Assembly (NCBI GenBank): GCA_965219685.1
Contig: CBDCOH010000002.1
Coordinates: 2,624,001 to 2,688,000 of the forward strand
Origin: Candidatus Spongiisociaceae bacterium
GTDB lineage: Bacteria > Actinomycetota > Acidimicrobiia > Spongiisociales > Spongiisociaceae
Length of the DNA: 64,000 nt
Direction of reading: 5' to 3'
Shown: positions 1 to 9,045 of the stretch, in pieces
Layout of the letters: the number at the start of each line of letters is the position of its first letter
Position numbering within the stretch: position 1 is the stretch's first letter
The notes under the pieces: generated by a model
Database searches by the model: none
What the model saw: only the letters and a program-made list of their open reading frames with translations
Told to the model about the DNA's origin: nothing
Translations under genes and position numbers: made by a program

Positions 1-1
1 G

Positions 2-208
2 ACGGCCATCACCGACTTCGCCCCCGACGGCGTGGTCGAGGTCCGCGGCGCCCGCTGGAAGGCGTCGGCCCACCGAGAGGCCCACCTCGGTCCGGGGGAT
101 CCGGTCGTTGTAACGGCCGTCGACGGGCCCAACCTCGAGGTAGAACCTGCCCAGCCCCCGCTCGGGCAGGTGGATCAAGCCGTTCCCACGCCGGTCCCGG
201 AGGGTTGA
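2..208 (+). CDS. NfeD-family protein, C-terminal OB-fold (5' partial)
   Basis: Own translation of frame 2: TAITDFAPDGVVEVRGARWKA...PGDPVVVTAVDGPNLEVEP, ending TGA at 206-208. Matches the NfeD G-x-V-x-V-x-G-x-x-W-x-A pattern. Not in the ORF track. Confidence 0.8.
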   Translation, partial: TAITDFAPDGVVEVRGARWKASAHREAHLGPGDPVVVTAVDGPNLEVEPAQPPLGQVDQAVPTPVPEG

Positions 209-336
209 TCCCTTCCCGACCGGATCGAGTTGCCGAAAAAACCTCTCCCGGGCTCTCATATACCTCTTCCGGGATCAGGTTCTCGGTGGTAGGTTCACCT
301 GAAGACAACTTAGGCGGAGTAGGGAGGCGGTCCACC

Positions 337-582
337 GTGGACTATGACGACTCGTGGCATTTGCACGCTCGGTGCCGGAACAACTACTCGCACCTCTTCT
401 TTCCCCCCAGCACCTTCGAACGGAAGGATGACCGGGAGAGGAGGGAGACCAGAGCCCGAGCAGTCTGCGGAGCGTGTTCGGTGAGGACGGAATGCCTCGA
501 TTACGCCCTGCGGATAAGGGAACCGTATGGCATCTGGGGAGGCCACACGGAGTCCGAGCGACGGGAGCTACTGGCCGTCTGA
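337..582 (+). CDS. whiB: WhiB-family Fe-S transcriptional regulator
   Basis: Four Cys (ARC...VCGAC...TEC) and GIWGG turn; GTG start with AGGGAGG SD at 321-327. Confidence 0.92.
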   Translation: MDYDDSWHLHARCRNNYSHLFFPPSTFERKDDRERRETRARAVCGACSVRTECLDYALRIREPYGIWGGHTESERRELLAV

Positions 583-587
583 GCCGA

Positions 588-2420
588 TCAGGACACGGAA
601 GAGACGATACCGCCCGACCTCGGGTCCATGAGCGCCCTATTGCTGATCGACCGCTCATCACCGAGGCGCACCGTCGCCCCGTATCGATCCATCCACTCCA
701 GAAGCGGGACCGCGTACTTACGGGTGAGCCCCGTGGCGTCGCGGAACACCGCCACTGTGAAGCGGCCAGGAAGGTCCACTAGCCGTCGCATCAGTTCCTC
801 CACCTGCTCGGGTAGGTAGACCAGGTCATCGGAGATCCGCACCAACCGACCCTCCCGGAGCAGTGCGTGGAGCAGTTCGGGATGGATCTCCAGTTCCTTC
901 AGCCGGGGCACGGTCGGCCCTGTTGCCTCCAAGGCGTCCCGGATCCGTGTCCACTCGACCTCGTCCGCCTCGCTCAAGGTCGCTTCGAACCCCTCCACCG
1001 CTACTGCGGAGCCGCGCTGGCGCAAGCCACCGGCGAGTCCGAGCACGGCGGCCAGGCATTCGACATCAACGCCGAGCCAGCTGGCCAGGCTCGCCTTGGG
1101 TATCCCCGGCCGGAGCGGATTGTCGGCATGGTACCGAGCGGTGATCCGGCGAGCTCGGTCGGCCAGACCGGTGGCATAGCCGGGCGCCATCATCATGCCT
1201 CCGGCCGCGACCGCCCCGCTGGGAGTACCGCCACCCGAGTGGGCCTCGAGCACACCCGGTCCCTCTCTTCCCCGCCACTCCAGGAGGGCGGTTGCCCGGT
1301 GGTCCGCGTCCCGGTCCAAGGCCGGACGAAGCAGCCCCGCAGCCCGGCGGGCATCCCGTCCCTTCCGGGGCGCCACCGGTTCCACGACTCGCCCTCCGGC
1401 CACAATCAAACGGCGTCCGACATCCCGCAGCACGAACCTGTCACCCATCCGGACCGGTACCGACTCCTCCGTACGGAGGACCGCAACCGCCTCACCCCCG
1501 AGCATCCCGACATTGACCAGTCGAACCGGCCAGGCACCGCTTCCCAGATGCAACTGGTAGGCCCCCCGGCGGGATAGAGGCCGCTGCACGTAGCGGGCCA
1601 GCCGGATGGTCACCAGGAAGCGGTCACTCGGAATCCAGGCGCCGGGCAATCCAAGCATCGACCCGCGCGCGACCTTCCCCCTGTCCAGCCCTGCTACCCC
1701 GGCTGCAGCCCTGGTCCGGGCCGGGATGGCGGCGTGCTCCCTTTCATGCGCCTGGAGGGAACGGACCCGCCCGGACAGACCACCGGGCCACACCTCGACC
1801 CGGTCACCCACCGAGAGGGAACCACCGACCAGCGTGCCGGTCACCACCGTCCCGGCACCCGAGACGGGGAAGACGCGATCAATCCACAGCCGGGTCCGTC
1901 CCGACGGCTCCCCGAGAGCTTCGGCCAGCACCCTCGACAGAACCTCCCGAAGTTCGCCCATTCCTTCACCGGTCAACGCAGAGACGGGAACGATGGGGGC
2001 AGCCTCGAGAGTGGTACCGGCCAACATCTCCTCGGTCTCCAGCGTGGCCAACTCGACGAGATCCGAGTCTGCTCTGTCCACCTTCGTTATGGCCACCAGA
2101 CCGCGGCGGATCTCGAGCAGATCGAGTACTGCCAGGTGCTCCTCCGACTGGGGCATCCACCCCTCGTCGGCGGCCACCACCATGAGCGCGACATCGAACC
2201 CGCCGGTGCCGGCCAACATGTTCTTGATGAACCGCTCGTGGCCCGGCACGTCCACGAAGGACACCTCCCGCCCGCCGAGGTCGGTCCAGGCGAAACCGAG
2301 ATCGATGGTGAGACCGCGCTCCTTCTCCTCCGCCCACCGGTCCGGATCTCGACCGGTGAGGGCATGGACAAGAGTCGACTTACCGTGATCGACGTGACCG
2401 CCGGTACCTACGACCGGCAT
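588..2420 (-). CDS. selB: Selenocysteine-specific elongation factor SelB
   Basis: GHVDHGKS, RGLTIDLGF, DVPGHERFIKNM and C-terminal winged-helix RKYAVPLLE; overlaps selA. Confidence 0.96.
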   Translation of the reverse strand: MPVVGTGGHVDHGKSTLVHALTGRDPDRWAEEKERGLTIDLGFAWTDLGGREVSFVDVPGHERFIKNMLAGTGGFDVALMVVAADEGWMPQSEEHLAVLDLLEIRRGLVAITKVDRADSDLVELATLETEEMLAGTTLEAAPIVPVSALTGEGMGELREVLSRVLAEALGEPSGRTRLWIDRVFPVSGAGTVVTGTLVGGSLSVGDRVEVWPGGLSGRVRSLQAHEREHAAIPARTRAAAGVAGLDRGKVARGSMLGLPGAWIPSDRFLVTIRLARYVQRPLSRRGAYQLHLGSGAWPVRLVNVGMLGGEAVAVLRTEESVPVRMGDRFVLRDVGRRLIVAGGRVVEPVAPRKGRDARRAAGLLRPALDRDADHRATALLEWRGREGPGVLEAHSGGGTPSGAVAAGGMMMAPGYATGLADRARRITARYHADNPLRPGIPKASLASWLGVDVECLAAVLGLAGGLRQRGSAVAVEGFEATLSEADEVEWTRIRDALEATGPTVPRLKELEIHPELLHALLREGRLVRISDDLVYLPEQVEELMRRLVDLPGRFTVAVFRDATGLTRKYAVPLLEWMDRYGATVRLGDERSISNRALMDPRSGGIVSSVS

Positions 2421-3763
2421 GCGGCCCGTAGCGAGTCTGCCAGTTGCGCGTCCTCTTCCTCGCCGGTGGCCCTCACATCGATCAACAGATCACCGGCGGA
2501 ACGGCGCGCTACCACCGGCGGGTCGGTCTCGAGCAGGCGCGGCCACAGCTCCTCGCCACGCTCCTCGACAACCAGCACCGGAGAGGGCACCGTCATACCC
2601 GGGACTGATCCCGCCCCTATCATCCCCTCCGACGACCGGATCGTCGGGGGTACCCCGGTCGCGGCGGCGATCGACTCGAGCCGGGCCTCCAGTTCCTCGA
2701 CCGTACGACTCACCGTGTCCCAGAAAGGAATCTCGCCACCCCTGCCCTCTGCGTACAGCTCAGCCGTACGACCGAGCGCCGCGATCGTCGGCCCGTCGAT
2801 GCGAACGGCCCTGGCCACCGGGCTGGCCTTTAAACGAGCAACCAGATCCGACCTTCCGACGATCACTCCCGCCTGGCAGCCACCGAACAGCTTGTCGCCC
2901 GAGAACGTGACCAGGTCTGCGCCCTGGGAGATGACTTGGCGCACTCCTGGCTCGTCACCGATCCACGGGGGCGGGGGTCCGGCGATCCAGGGAACACCGG
3001 AGTCGAGGAGGCCGCTGCCGACGTCGTACACCACCGGCAAGTCCCTCCGTCCCCCCAGGTCGACCAGATCGCGGAGGCACGCCTCCTCCGCAAACCCCAT
3101 CACCCGGTAGTTCGAGGGATGCACTTTGAGCAACAGCCGCGTGTCACCATCGAGCCCCGCTTCGTAATCGGCGATCCGCGTACGGTTGGTGGTGCCTACT
3201 TCAACCAGGCGGGCACCGGATGAAGCCATCAGATCCGGCAGGCGGTACGAGCCTCCGATCTCGATCAGTTCGCCGCGCGATACCGGCACCGAGCCTCCGG
3301 ACGCGAGAGTATGAAGAACCAGGAAGAGGGCAGCGGCATTGTTGTTGACAACAAGCGCCGCCTCAGCCCCTGAAAGCCGGCTGAGCAATCCGGACAGGTA
3401 GGCCCCCCTCGATCCCCTGCGCCCTTCGGACAGGTCGAACTCGAGGTTTGCGTAGCCCAGCGAGGCCCGCCGGGCCGCCGATGCCGCCTCGGGATGCAGT
3501 AGCGCCCTGCCCAGATTGGTGTGGAGTACCACGCCGGTGGCATTGATCACTCGCTGTAGGCGGGTCTTGGCGAAGCGCTGGGCGTCACGTCGAGCCATCG
3601 CTGCCGGATCCAGGTACATGCCTTGCAGCGCGGCGGACCGCGCCTGATCGATGCTACGGCGAGCCGCCTCCACCGCAAGCAACGCCGGGATGCCCTCTTC
3701 CACCTCGGCCAATAGTTGTCCCGCCAGGGCGTCGACGGAGGGCAGGCGCCGCAGGTAGTCCAT
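2408..3763 (-). CDS. selA: L-seryl-tRNA(Sec) selenium transferase
   Basis: VINATGVVLHTNLGRA, VVNNNAAA, EVGTTNRT, LKVHPSNY, FSGDKL motifs. Confidence 0.97.
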   Translation of the reverse strand: MDYLRRLPSVDALAGQLLAEVEEGIPALLAVEAARRSIDQARSAALQGMYLDPAAMARRDAQRFAKTRLQRVINATGVVLHTNLGRALLHPEAASAARRASLGYANLEFDLSEGRRGSRGAYLSGLLSRLSGAEAALVVNNNAAALFLVLHTLASGGSVPVSRGELIEIGGSYRLPDLMASSGARLVEVGTTNRTRIADYEAGLDGDTRLLLKVHPSNYRVMGFAEEACLRDLVDLGGRRDLPVVYDVGSGLLDSGVPWIAGPPPPWIGDEPGVRQVISQGADLVTFSGDKLFGGCQAGVIVGRSDLVARLKASPVARAVRIDGPTIAALGRTAELYAEGRGGEIPFWDTVSRTVEELEARLESIAAATGVPPTIRSSEGMIGAGSVPGMTVPSPVLVVEERGEELWPRLLETDPPVVARRSAGDLLIDVRATGEEEDAQLADSLRAACRS

Positions 3764-3797
3764 CGGATAATGATACCGGCGGGATAAGCTGACCCCG

Positions 3798-4172
3798 ATG
3801 GGTGTCTATCTGGGTGCTCTGTTCCTCGCGGTCCCGATCCTCGAGTTGTTGCTCTTCGTCTACGTCGAGGAGCGGATCGGGCTCGGTAGGTTGTTACTGG
3901 GGATAGTGCTCACCGCGGTTCTCGGTGCGTTCCTGGTCAGGCAGCAGGGATTCGTCGTCTGGCTCCGCCTGAGGGAGGACCTCGTGGTCGGCCGCTTGCC
4001 CGGAACGCAGTTGGTACACGGAGCACTTGTACTGGTGGGCGGGGCGCTCCTGCTCACGCCGGGCTTCCTCACCGATGCCGTGGGCTTCGCCCTCATGGTC
4101 CCCCTGGTGCGGGAGGGGGTGCGCCGGGTGGGAGTTCGCCTCTTCCGGGGCAAGACCATAATCATCGAGTGA
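3798..4172 (+). CDS. fxsA: FxsA-family membrane protein
   Basis: PILEL...GGALLLTPGFLTDAVG signature. Confidence 0.88.
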   Translation: MGVYLGALFLAVPILELLLFVYVEERIGLGRLLLGIVLTAVLGAFLVRQQGFVVWLRLREDLVVGRLPGTQLVHGALVLVGGALLLTPGFLTDAVGFALMVPLVREGVRRVGVRLFRGKTIIIE

Positions 4173-4273
4173 CCGACACTCGATGAGGACCGAGGCAGCG
4201 CCGGACACGGGTCCCACCGGGGAAGCCCCCGACCGCGGCCCAGCAGATCGGTCGTACGCCCTGCCACCAATCC

Positions 4274-5143
4274 ATGTCCGGAGTCCGGGATCGGCCGCCG
4301 ATGGAAGTTGAGGTCGTGGGAAGCGCGAATCCGGCGACCACCGTACTGCGACTCCTGGCTCCGAACCCCGGGCTTCTGACCGGGCCGGGGACCAATACCT
4401 ACCTGATCGTCTCGGAGGACGAGTGCGCGGTTCTCGATCCCGGACCGGTGATCGACTCTCACCTCGCCGCCATCCTCGATGCTCTGTCGGACCTCCAACC
4501 CCGGGCCGTCATCGTGACTCACACCCACTCAGACCACTCCCCGCTCGCCAATCCGCTTGCCGCGCAGTTGGGGATACGGTCCTACGGCTATGCGGGGGGA
4601 CCGGACTTCGATCCCGACCGTATCCTGCGTGATGGCGACCGCCTACGCCTGGGCCGCGCAACCCTCGAGGTCATCCACACCCCAGGGCACTCGAGTGACC
4701 ACCTATGCTTCCTGGTCGGCGACACGCTGCTAAGTGGGGATCACATCATGGGGGGGTCCACCGTCGTCGTCGAGGATATGAGCGACTACCTCCGGTCGCT
4801 ACGACGGGTGGGAACGCTGCGCCCGGCAAGGCTGCTGCCCGGTCACGGCCACGAGATCGAGAATCCCGCCGAGGTGGTCGCCGCGTACCTGGATCATCGA
4901 ATGGCCAGAGAGGGCCAGATCGTCGCCGCGATACGGGATGGCGCTCCAACGGTGGGCGCGGTGGTCGAGGCGGTGTACAGCCAGGTGGATCGCCGCCTGC
5001 ATCCCGCCGCGGCGGTCTCGGTGCTGGCCCATTTGAGGAAGCTGACCGCCGACGGCATTGCGGACCTCGCGCCACACGGGCGAGGGGCCGCCGAGTCCTC
5101 GATCTGGAGTCGTCGTGTTAGTTGTCGGGAGTCTCGCCCATGA
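4274..5143 (+). CDS. MBL-fold metallo-hydrolase (LACTB2-like; start may be 4301)
   Basis: APNPG..TGPGTNTY, THTHSDH, HTPGHSSDH, SGDH, LLPGHG. Confidence 0.9.
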   Translation: MSGVRDRPPMEVEVVGSANPATTVLRLLAPNPGLLTGPGTNTYLIVSEDECAVLDPGPVIDSHLAAILDALSDLQPRAVIVTHTHSDHSPLANPLAAQLGIRSYGYAGGPDFDPDRILRDGDRLRLGRATLEVIHTPGHSSDHLCFLVGDTLLSGDHIMGGSTVVVEDMSDYLRSLRRVGTLRPARLLPGHGHEIENPAEVVAAYLDHRMAREGQIVAAIRDGAPTVGAVVEAVYSQVDRRLHPAAAVSVLAHLRKLTADGIADLAPHGRGAAESSIWSRRVSCRESRP

Positions 5144-6486
5144 GGTGGCGACCGGCCACGCTCGGACTGATGGTCGTGATGCTGTCCTGGATTCCCGCTG
5201 TGGCCCAAGTCGAGGACGAGGGGTTGCGGCGGGCGCGGGCCGAACTGGAGCAGCTGCAGGAAGAGGCGCGGGAACTGACGGAGGAGTACCAGGACGCTTG
5301 GGCGGCCGACGCCGAACTCCAGGTCCGGATCGAACAGCTTCAGTCCACGATCGCGGGTCTCGGTGTCGATGTACGGAGGCTTCAGGAGCAGATTCGCGAG
5401 CGCGCCGTCGAACTCTACATGGACAACGCAGCGGCTACCGGCCTGGGGTCCTTGCTCTTTTCGGCCTCGCCAACCGATCTCGAAACCCGGTCGGAGTATC
5501 TGCACGACATACGCCAGAGGGACCAGGCGATGCTCAACGGTCTCGAAGTCCTGACCGGCCAACTCGAAGCCGCAACCGACGAACTGCGACGGGACAAGGA
5601 GGAGCAGGAATCGGTTCTGGCCCGGTTGGAGGAACTGGCGATCGACCTGAACAAGCGGTTGGAGGAGGGGCAATCCGCCTATCTGGTCCTGCAGCGGGAG
5701 GAGCAGGCCCGGCGCGAGGCGGAACGGATAGCCGAACTCGAAGCGGCCAGCGCCGCAACCAGCACGAGTCCGACGACCCAACCGACCACCGCCGAACCGG
5801 TCACAACCACCACCGAGACAACCACCACCGAGACAACCACCACCGAGACAACCACCACGACCGGTTCCCCCGGCACCACCACCGACACGCCCACCACAAC
5901 AACCGCCGAACCGCCCACCACAACCACCACCGAACCACCCACCACAACCACCACGGAGCCACCCACCACCACGACCACGAGCCCGATCGTTGTCACCGAC
6001 ACGACCCTGGCTTCACCCGGTGGAGGCACCGGGAGTAGCGGACAGGGGGAGGGGACCAGCGCCCCGGAGGGCACGATGACCTGCCCCGTGGACGGCTTCA
6101 GCACGTTCAGCGACACCTGGGGAGCACCCAGGTCCGGCGGGCGACGGCATCAAGGTGTCGACTTCCTGGCCGCCCGTGGTACACCCGTCGTCGCGGTTGA
6201 GGACGGCACGGTAGAGAGGATGCAGAACGGTGGTTTGGGAGGTATCACGGTCTGGCTGCGCGGCAGCGGCGGCGATGCCTACTACTACGCCCACTTGGAC
6301 GCTTGGGCCCCGGGTCTCTCTGTCGGCCAGGGAGTCTCAGCGGGAGAGCCGCTCGGAATCGTCGGCACGACCGGCAACGCGCCGGCTCACATACCCCACC
6401 TGCACTGGGAATTCCACCCCGGTGGCTACGTACCCGGAGGCAGCAGCGCGGTCAACCCCACACCCCTTGCCAGCGAGCTTTGCTAG
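5140..6486 (+). CDS. Secreted M23 peptidoglycan endopeptidase with coiled coil and Thr-rich linker
   Basis: Signal peptide, coiled coil, HQGVD, YAHL and HLH motifs; ATGA overlap with the upstream stop. Confidence 0.9.
   Translation: MRWRPATLGLMVVMLSWIPAVAQVEDEGLRRARAELEQLQEEARELTEEYQDAWAADAELQVRIEQLQSTIAGLGVDVRRLQEQIRERAVELYMDNAAATGLGSLLFSASPTDLETRSEYLHDIRQRDQAMLNGLEVLTGQLEAATDELRRDKEEQESVLARLEELAIDLNKRLEEGQSAYLVLQREEQARREAERIAELEAASAATSTSPTTQPTTAEPVTTTTETTTTETTTTETTTTTGSPGTTTDTPTTTTAEPPTTTTTEPPTTTTTEPPTTTTTSPIVVTDTTLASPGGGTGSSGQGEGTSAPEGTMTCPVDGFSTFSDTWGAPRSGGRRHQGVDFLAARGTPVVAVEDGTVERMQNGGLGGITVWLRGSGGDAYYYAHLDAWAPGLSVGQGVSAGEPLGIVGTTGNAPAHIPHLHWEFHPGGYVPGGSSAVNPTPLASELC
5804..5980 (+). 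repeat. Coding Thr-rich repeats (ETTTT x3, EPPTTTTT x3) in the M23 linker
   Basis: 15-bp ACAACCACCACCGAG units and 24-bp units visible in the sequence. Confidence 0.85.
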
Positions 6487-6541
6487 TTGCTAATTGTTAG
6501 TTAACAAATAGTAATCGGTGGTTAGCGTTAGATCGAGTATG

Positions 6542-7726
6542 TCAGGAGCCCGAGGTGAGTGGACGCAGGGCACCGACTTCCAATTCATCCACTTCGAGGC
6601 CCGCGAACAGGCGGGCGATCCTCCCGGTGCAGGTCTCGGACTCGGCGGGAGGAACCAGTTCCACCAACCGCTCGGCCACCGCCATAAAGGAGCTTGAGGA
6701 GCGCAGTCCCGGATTGGCTACGACAACCGGCTCTCCGGAATCGGCTCCCTGGCCGAGGGCCGGATCCAGCGGGATGCTGCCCAGCAACGGGATGCCCAGG
6801 GAATCGGCTAGCTCTCGCCCGCCACCCCGGCCGAACAGCTCGAAGCGATGGCCGTCCGGAGTTTCGAAGTAGGACATGTTCTCGATCACCCCGACGACGG
6901 GCATAGCGGATCGTCGGGCCATATCGGCCACCCGGATCGCCACCTTCTGAGCATTCTTGGCCGGGGTGGTCACGACCAGCATCTCCGCCTGGGGGAGCAA
7001 TCGGGACAGGGCCATCTGGATGTCACCCGTTCCCGGAGGCATGTCGATCACCAGGTAGTCGAGTTCGCCCCACTCCACCTGCTGGAGAAACTGATCGAGA
7101 GCCTTGGACAGCATCAGTCCACGCCACATGAGGGCGGTCTCCTCGGAGTCGACAATAAGCCCGGTGGATACCACGCGGATCCCGTGAGCGTCCACCGGCT
7201 GCATGAGCCTCGTCTCGGGGTCGGCTTCGATACGAGCCACCGTGCCGAGCATCCTCGGAATCGAGAAACCCCAAATGTCGGCATCGAGAAGCCCCACTCT
7301 GTAGCCGAGACGGGATAGGGCCAGTGCAAGGTTGACCGATACCGAACTCTTCCCGACACCGCCCTTCCCGCTTCCAACGGCGATCGCTCTCGTCGTCGCG
7401 CGTACCTGGGTAGGGGTGGCGTTCTCCCTCACCCGTCGGCGCGCCACGTCCATCAACCCGGCTCGCTGAGCCTTGGTCATCGCCCTGGTCTCCACGATCA
7501 CGTCGTCCACATCCGGGATCGCAGTGATCTTGCGCACCGTGTCGTTCTCTATCTGGGATCGCATGGGACACTCGGCGATCGTGAGAGCCAGCCCAACGGT
7601 CACCACACCCCCGTCGATCGTGATTTCTCGCACCATGCCGAGGTCGACGACATCGGACCCCAGCTCGGGGTCGAAAACACCCCGCAGGGCGTCAACTATG
7701 CGTTCTCTCGTCAGCGGATCGGGCAT
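6542..7726 (-). CDS. mrp: Mrp/ApbC (NBP35) Fe-S carrier ATPase with N-terminal DUF59 domain
   Basis: DPELGSDVVDLGMV, SGKGGVGKS, DMPPGTGD, VIENMS. Confidence 0.93.
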   Translation of the reverse strand: MPDPLTRERIVDALRGVFDPELGSDVVDLGMVREITIDGGVVTVGLALTIAECPMRSQIENDTVRKITAIPDVDDVIVETRAMTKAQRAGLMDVARRRVRENATPTQVRATTRAIAVGSGKGGVGKSSVSVNLALALSRLGYRVGLLDADIWGFSIPRMLGTVARIEADPETRLMQPVDAHGIRVVSTGLIVDSEETALMWRGLMLSKALDQFLQQVEWGELDYLVIDMPPGTGDIQMALSRLLPQAEMLVVTTPAKNAQKVAIRVADMARRSAMPVVGVIENMSYFETPDGHRFELFGRGGGRELADSLGIPLLGSIPLDPALGQGADSGEPVVVANPGLRSSSSFMAVAERLVELVPPAESETCTGRIARLFAGLEVDELEVGALRPLTSGS

Positions 7727-7785
7727 GGCCCCAAGGTAACCGCTGGAACGGGGTGCTGGAATGGAAATCTAGGGCTTCCTCGAGT

Positions 7786-7952
7786 GGAGGACGTGTTGCG
7801 GAGGGGGCGGGATCGTGAGCGAACCACTCTGCACGGGCTCGTTCAGCGCCGTCCTTGAGGCGACGTATCGTCCCTGGGCGGCCATCGAGATCCGCGGTTC
7901 CGCGGGTTCCTCCCTTCGCCCAACCCGGGAGGGGGCGTGAGTCCTGTCCTCC
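7786..7952 (+). ncRNA. Candidate 6S-like RNA (rod-shaped, about 167 nt; strand tentative)
   Basis: Nested complementarity GGAGGAC/GTCCTCC, GAG-GAACC/GGTTC-CTC, CGG-CTCG/CGAG-CCG, GCCGTCC/GGGCGGC, AGG-GACG/CGTC-CCT in an intergenic gap; GAAC and GCGGGTTC motifs recall 6S RNAs. Confidence 0.5.
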
Positions 7953-7954
7953 GT

Positions 7955-7960
7955 TATAAT
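7955..7960 (+). promoter_or_regulatory. Consensus -10 box (TATAAT) upstream of the IscA/ErpA gene
   Basis: Perfect TATAAT about 46 nt upstream of ATG 8007. Confidence 0.55.
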
Positions 7961-8006
7961 CGGGTTGCAGGTCGAGCAGCCCCACGGCCGAACGGAGAAC
8001 TCTGAG

Positions 8007-8369
8007 ATGGAACAGCTCGTCAGGATCAGCAGAAGAAAGACTCCCCGGGCGGTAACACTGACCCCCGGAGCGGTTACGAAGGTCCGCCAGTTGCTCGTCG
8101 CCGAGGACGACGCTTCGCTGGCCCTCCGCATGGCGGTACGGCCGGGAGGTTGCTCCGGTTTCTCCTACGAGATGTACTTCGACTCCGAGATAGATGCCAG
8201 AGACACCGTAGAGAGATTCGACGGTGTTCAGGTCGTCGTCGACAACCAGAGTGTCGAGCTTCTCCGCGGATCGGTTCTCGACTACCACGACGGGTTGATG
8301 GACGCCGGGTTCGCCATCAACAACCCCAACGTCAGCAGATCCTGCGGCTGCGGCAATAGCTTTAGCTAG
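8007..8369 (+). CDS. IscA/ErpA/HesB-family Fe-S cluster assembly protein
   Basis: GGCSGFSY and NPN...SCGCGNSF. Confidence 0.93.
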   Translation: MEQLVRISRRKTPRAVTLTPGAVTKVRQLLVAEDDASLALRMAVRPGGCSGFSYEMYFDSEIDARDTVERFDGVQVVVDNQSVELLRGSVLDYHDGLMDAGFAINNPNVSRSCGCGNSFS

Positions 8370-8461
8370 TGAATAGTGAATAGTGAATAGTGAATAGTGA
8401 ATAGTGAATGGTATCGCATCGTTACTGCTGCTGATATACACTCACCACTCACCACTCACCA
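8367..8461 (+). repeat. Heptamer microsatellite (TAGTGAA)6, 32-nt spacer, (CTCACCA)3
   Basis: Directly visible; the first unit contains the TAG stop of the upstream gene. Confidence 0.92.
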
Positions 8462-8475
8462 ACCCTGGAGACGAC

Positions 8476-8877
8476 ATGGGCAAGCGAATCCTCGACACTC
8501 CCAGCGCCCCGCCGGCGCTCGGCCCCTACTCGGTGGCGGTCGCGGGTGGCGGGCTGGTGTTCTTCTCGGGGCAGGTTGCTCTCAAACCGGAGGGCGGGAG
8601 GAGCGACGGAGAGATCGGCGAGCAGACGCGACAGGTCATGGACAACATCGGTGCGATGCTGACCGACGTCGGCTTGGACTACGGCGACATCGTCAAGTCG
8701 ACGATCTTCATGACCGACATCGGCGACTACCCGGAGATCAATCGGGTCTACGCGGGCTACTTCGACGGCGAACCTCCGGCCCGTTCCGCAATCCAGGCTG
8801 CGGCACTCCCAGGTGGCTTCGGAGTAGAGATCGAGATCGTCGCATCCGGCAACGCACCTCCGCCGGTGGATTCGTAG
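8476..8877 (+). CDS. ridA: RidA/YjgF-family reactive intermediate deaminase
   Basis: APPALGPYS, FSGQV, YF..EPPARS, LP....VEIE; GGAG SD. Confidence 0.9.
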   Translation: MGKRILDTPSAPPALGPYSVAVAGGGLVFFSGQVALKPEGGRSDGEIGEQTRQVMDNIGAMLTDVGLDYGDIVKSTIFMTDIGDYPEINRVYAGYFDGEPPARSAIQAAALPGGFGVEIEIVASGNAPPPVDS

Positions 8878-9045
8878 GAGAGCCCTCCGCGCCCGGATCC
8901 GGACAGTTCTGAGAACGATTACTATCCGTGGCCACCGCCTAGCGGGTATGATCGCGCGAGTTTGGGACACTGCCATCGCGGTGCAACCCGCCGGGTCGGT
9001 AGCAGGTCACTACAACGGAACCCACCCCACCAGGAGGAGCACTGA

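Noticed and set aside
588-3763. tRNA-Sec (selC) or selD beside selAB
   Set aside because: No UCA-anticodon cloverleaf or SelD ORF was found in this window; they are presumably elsewhere.
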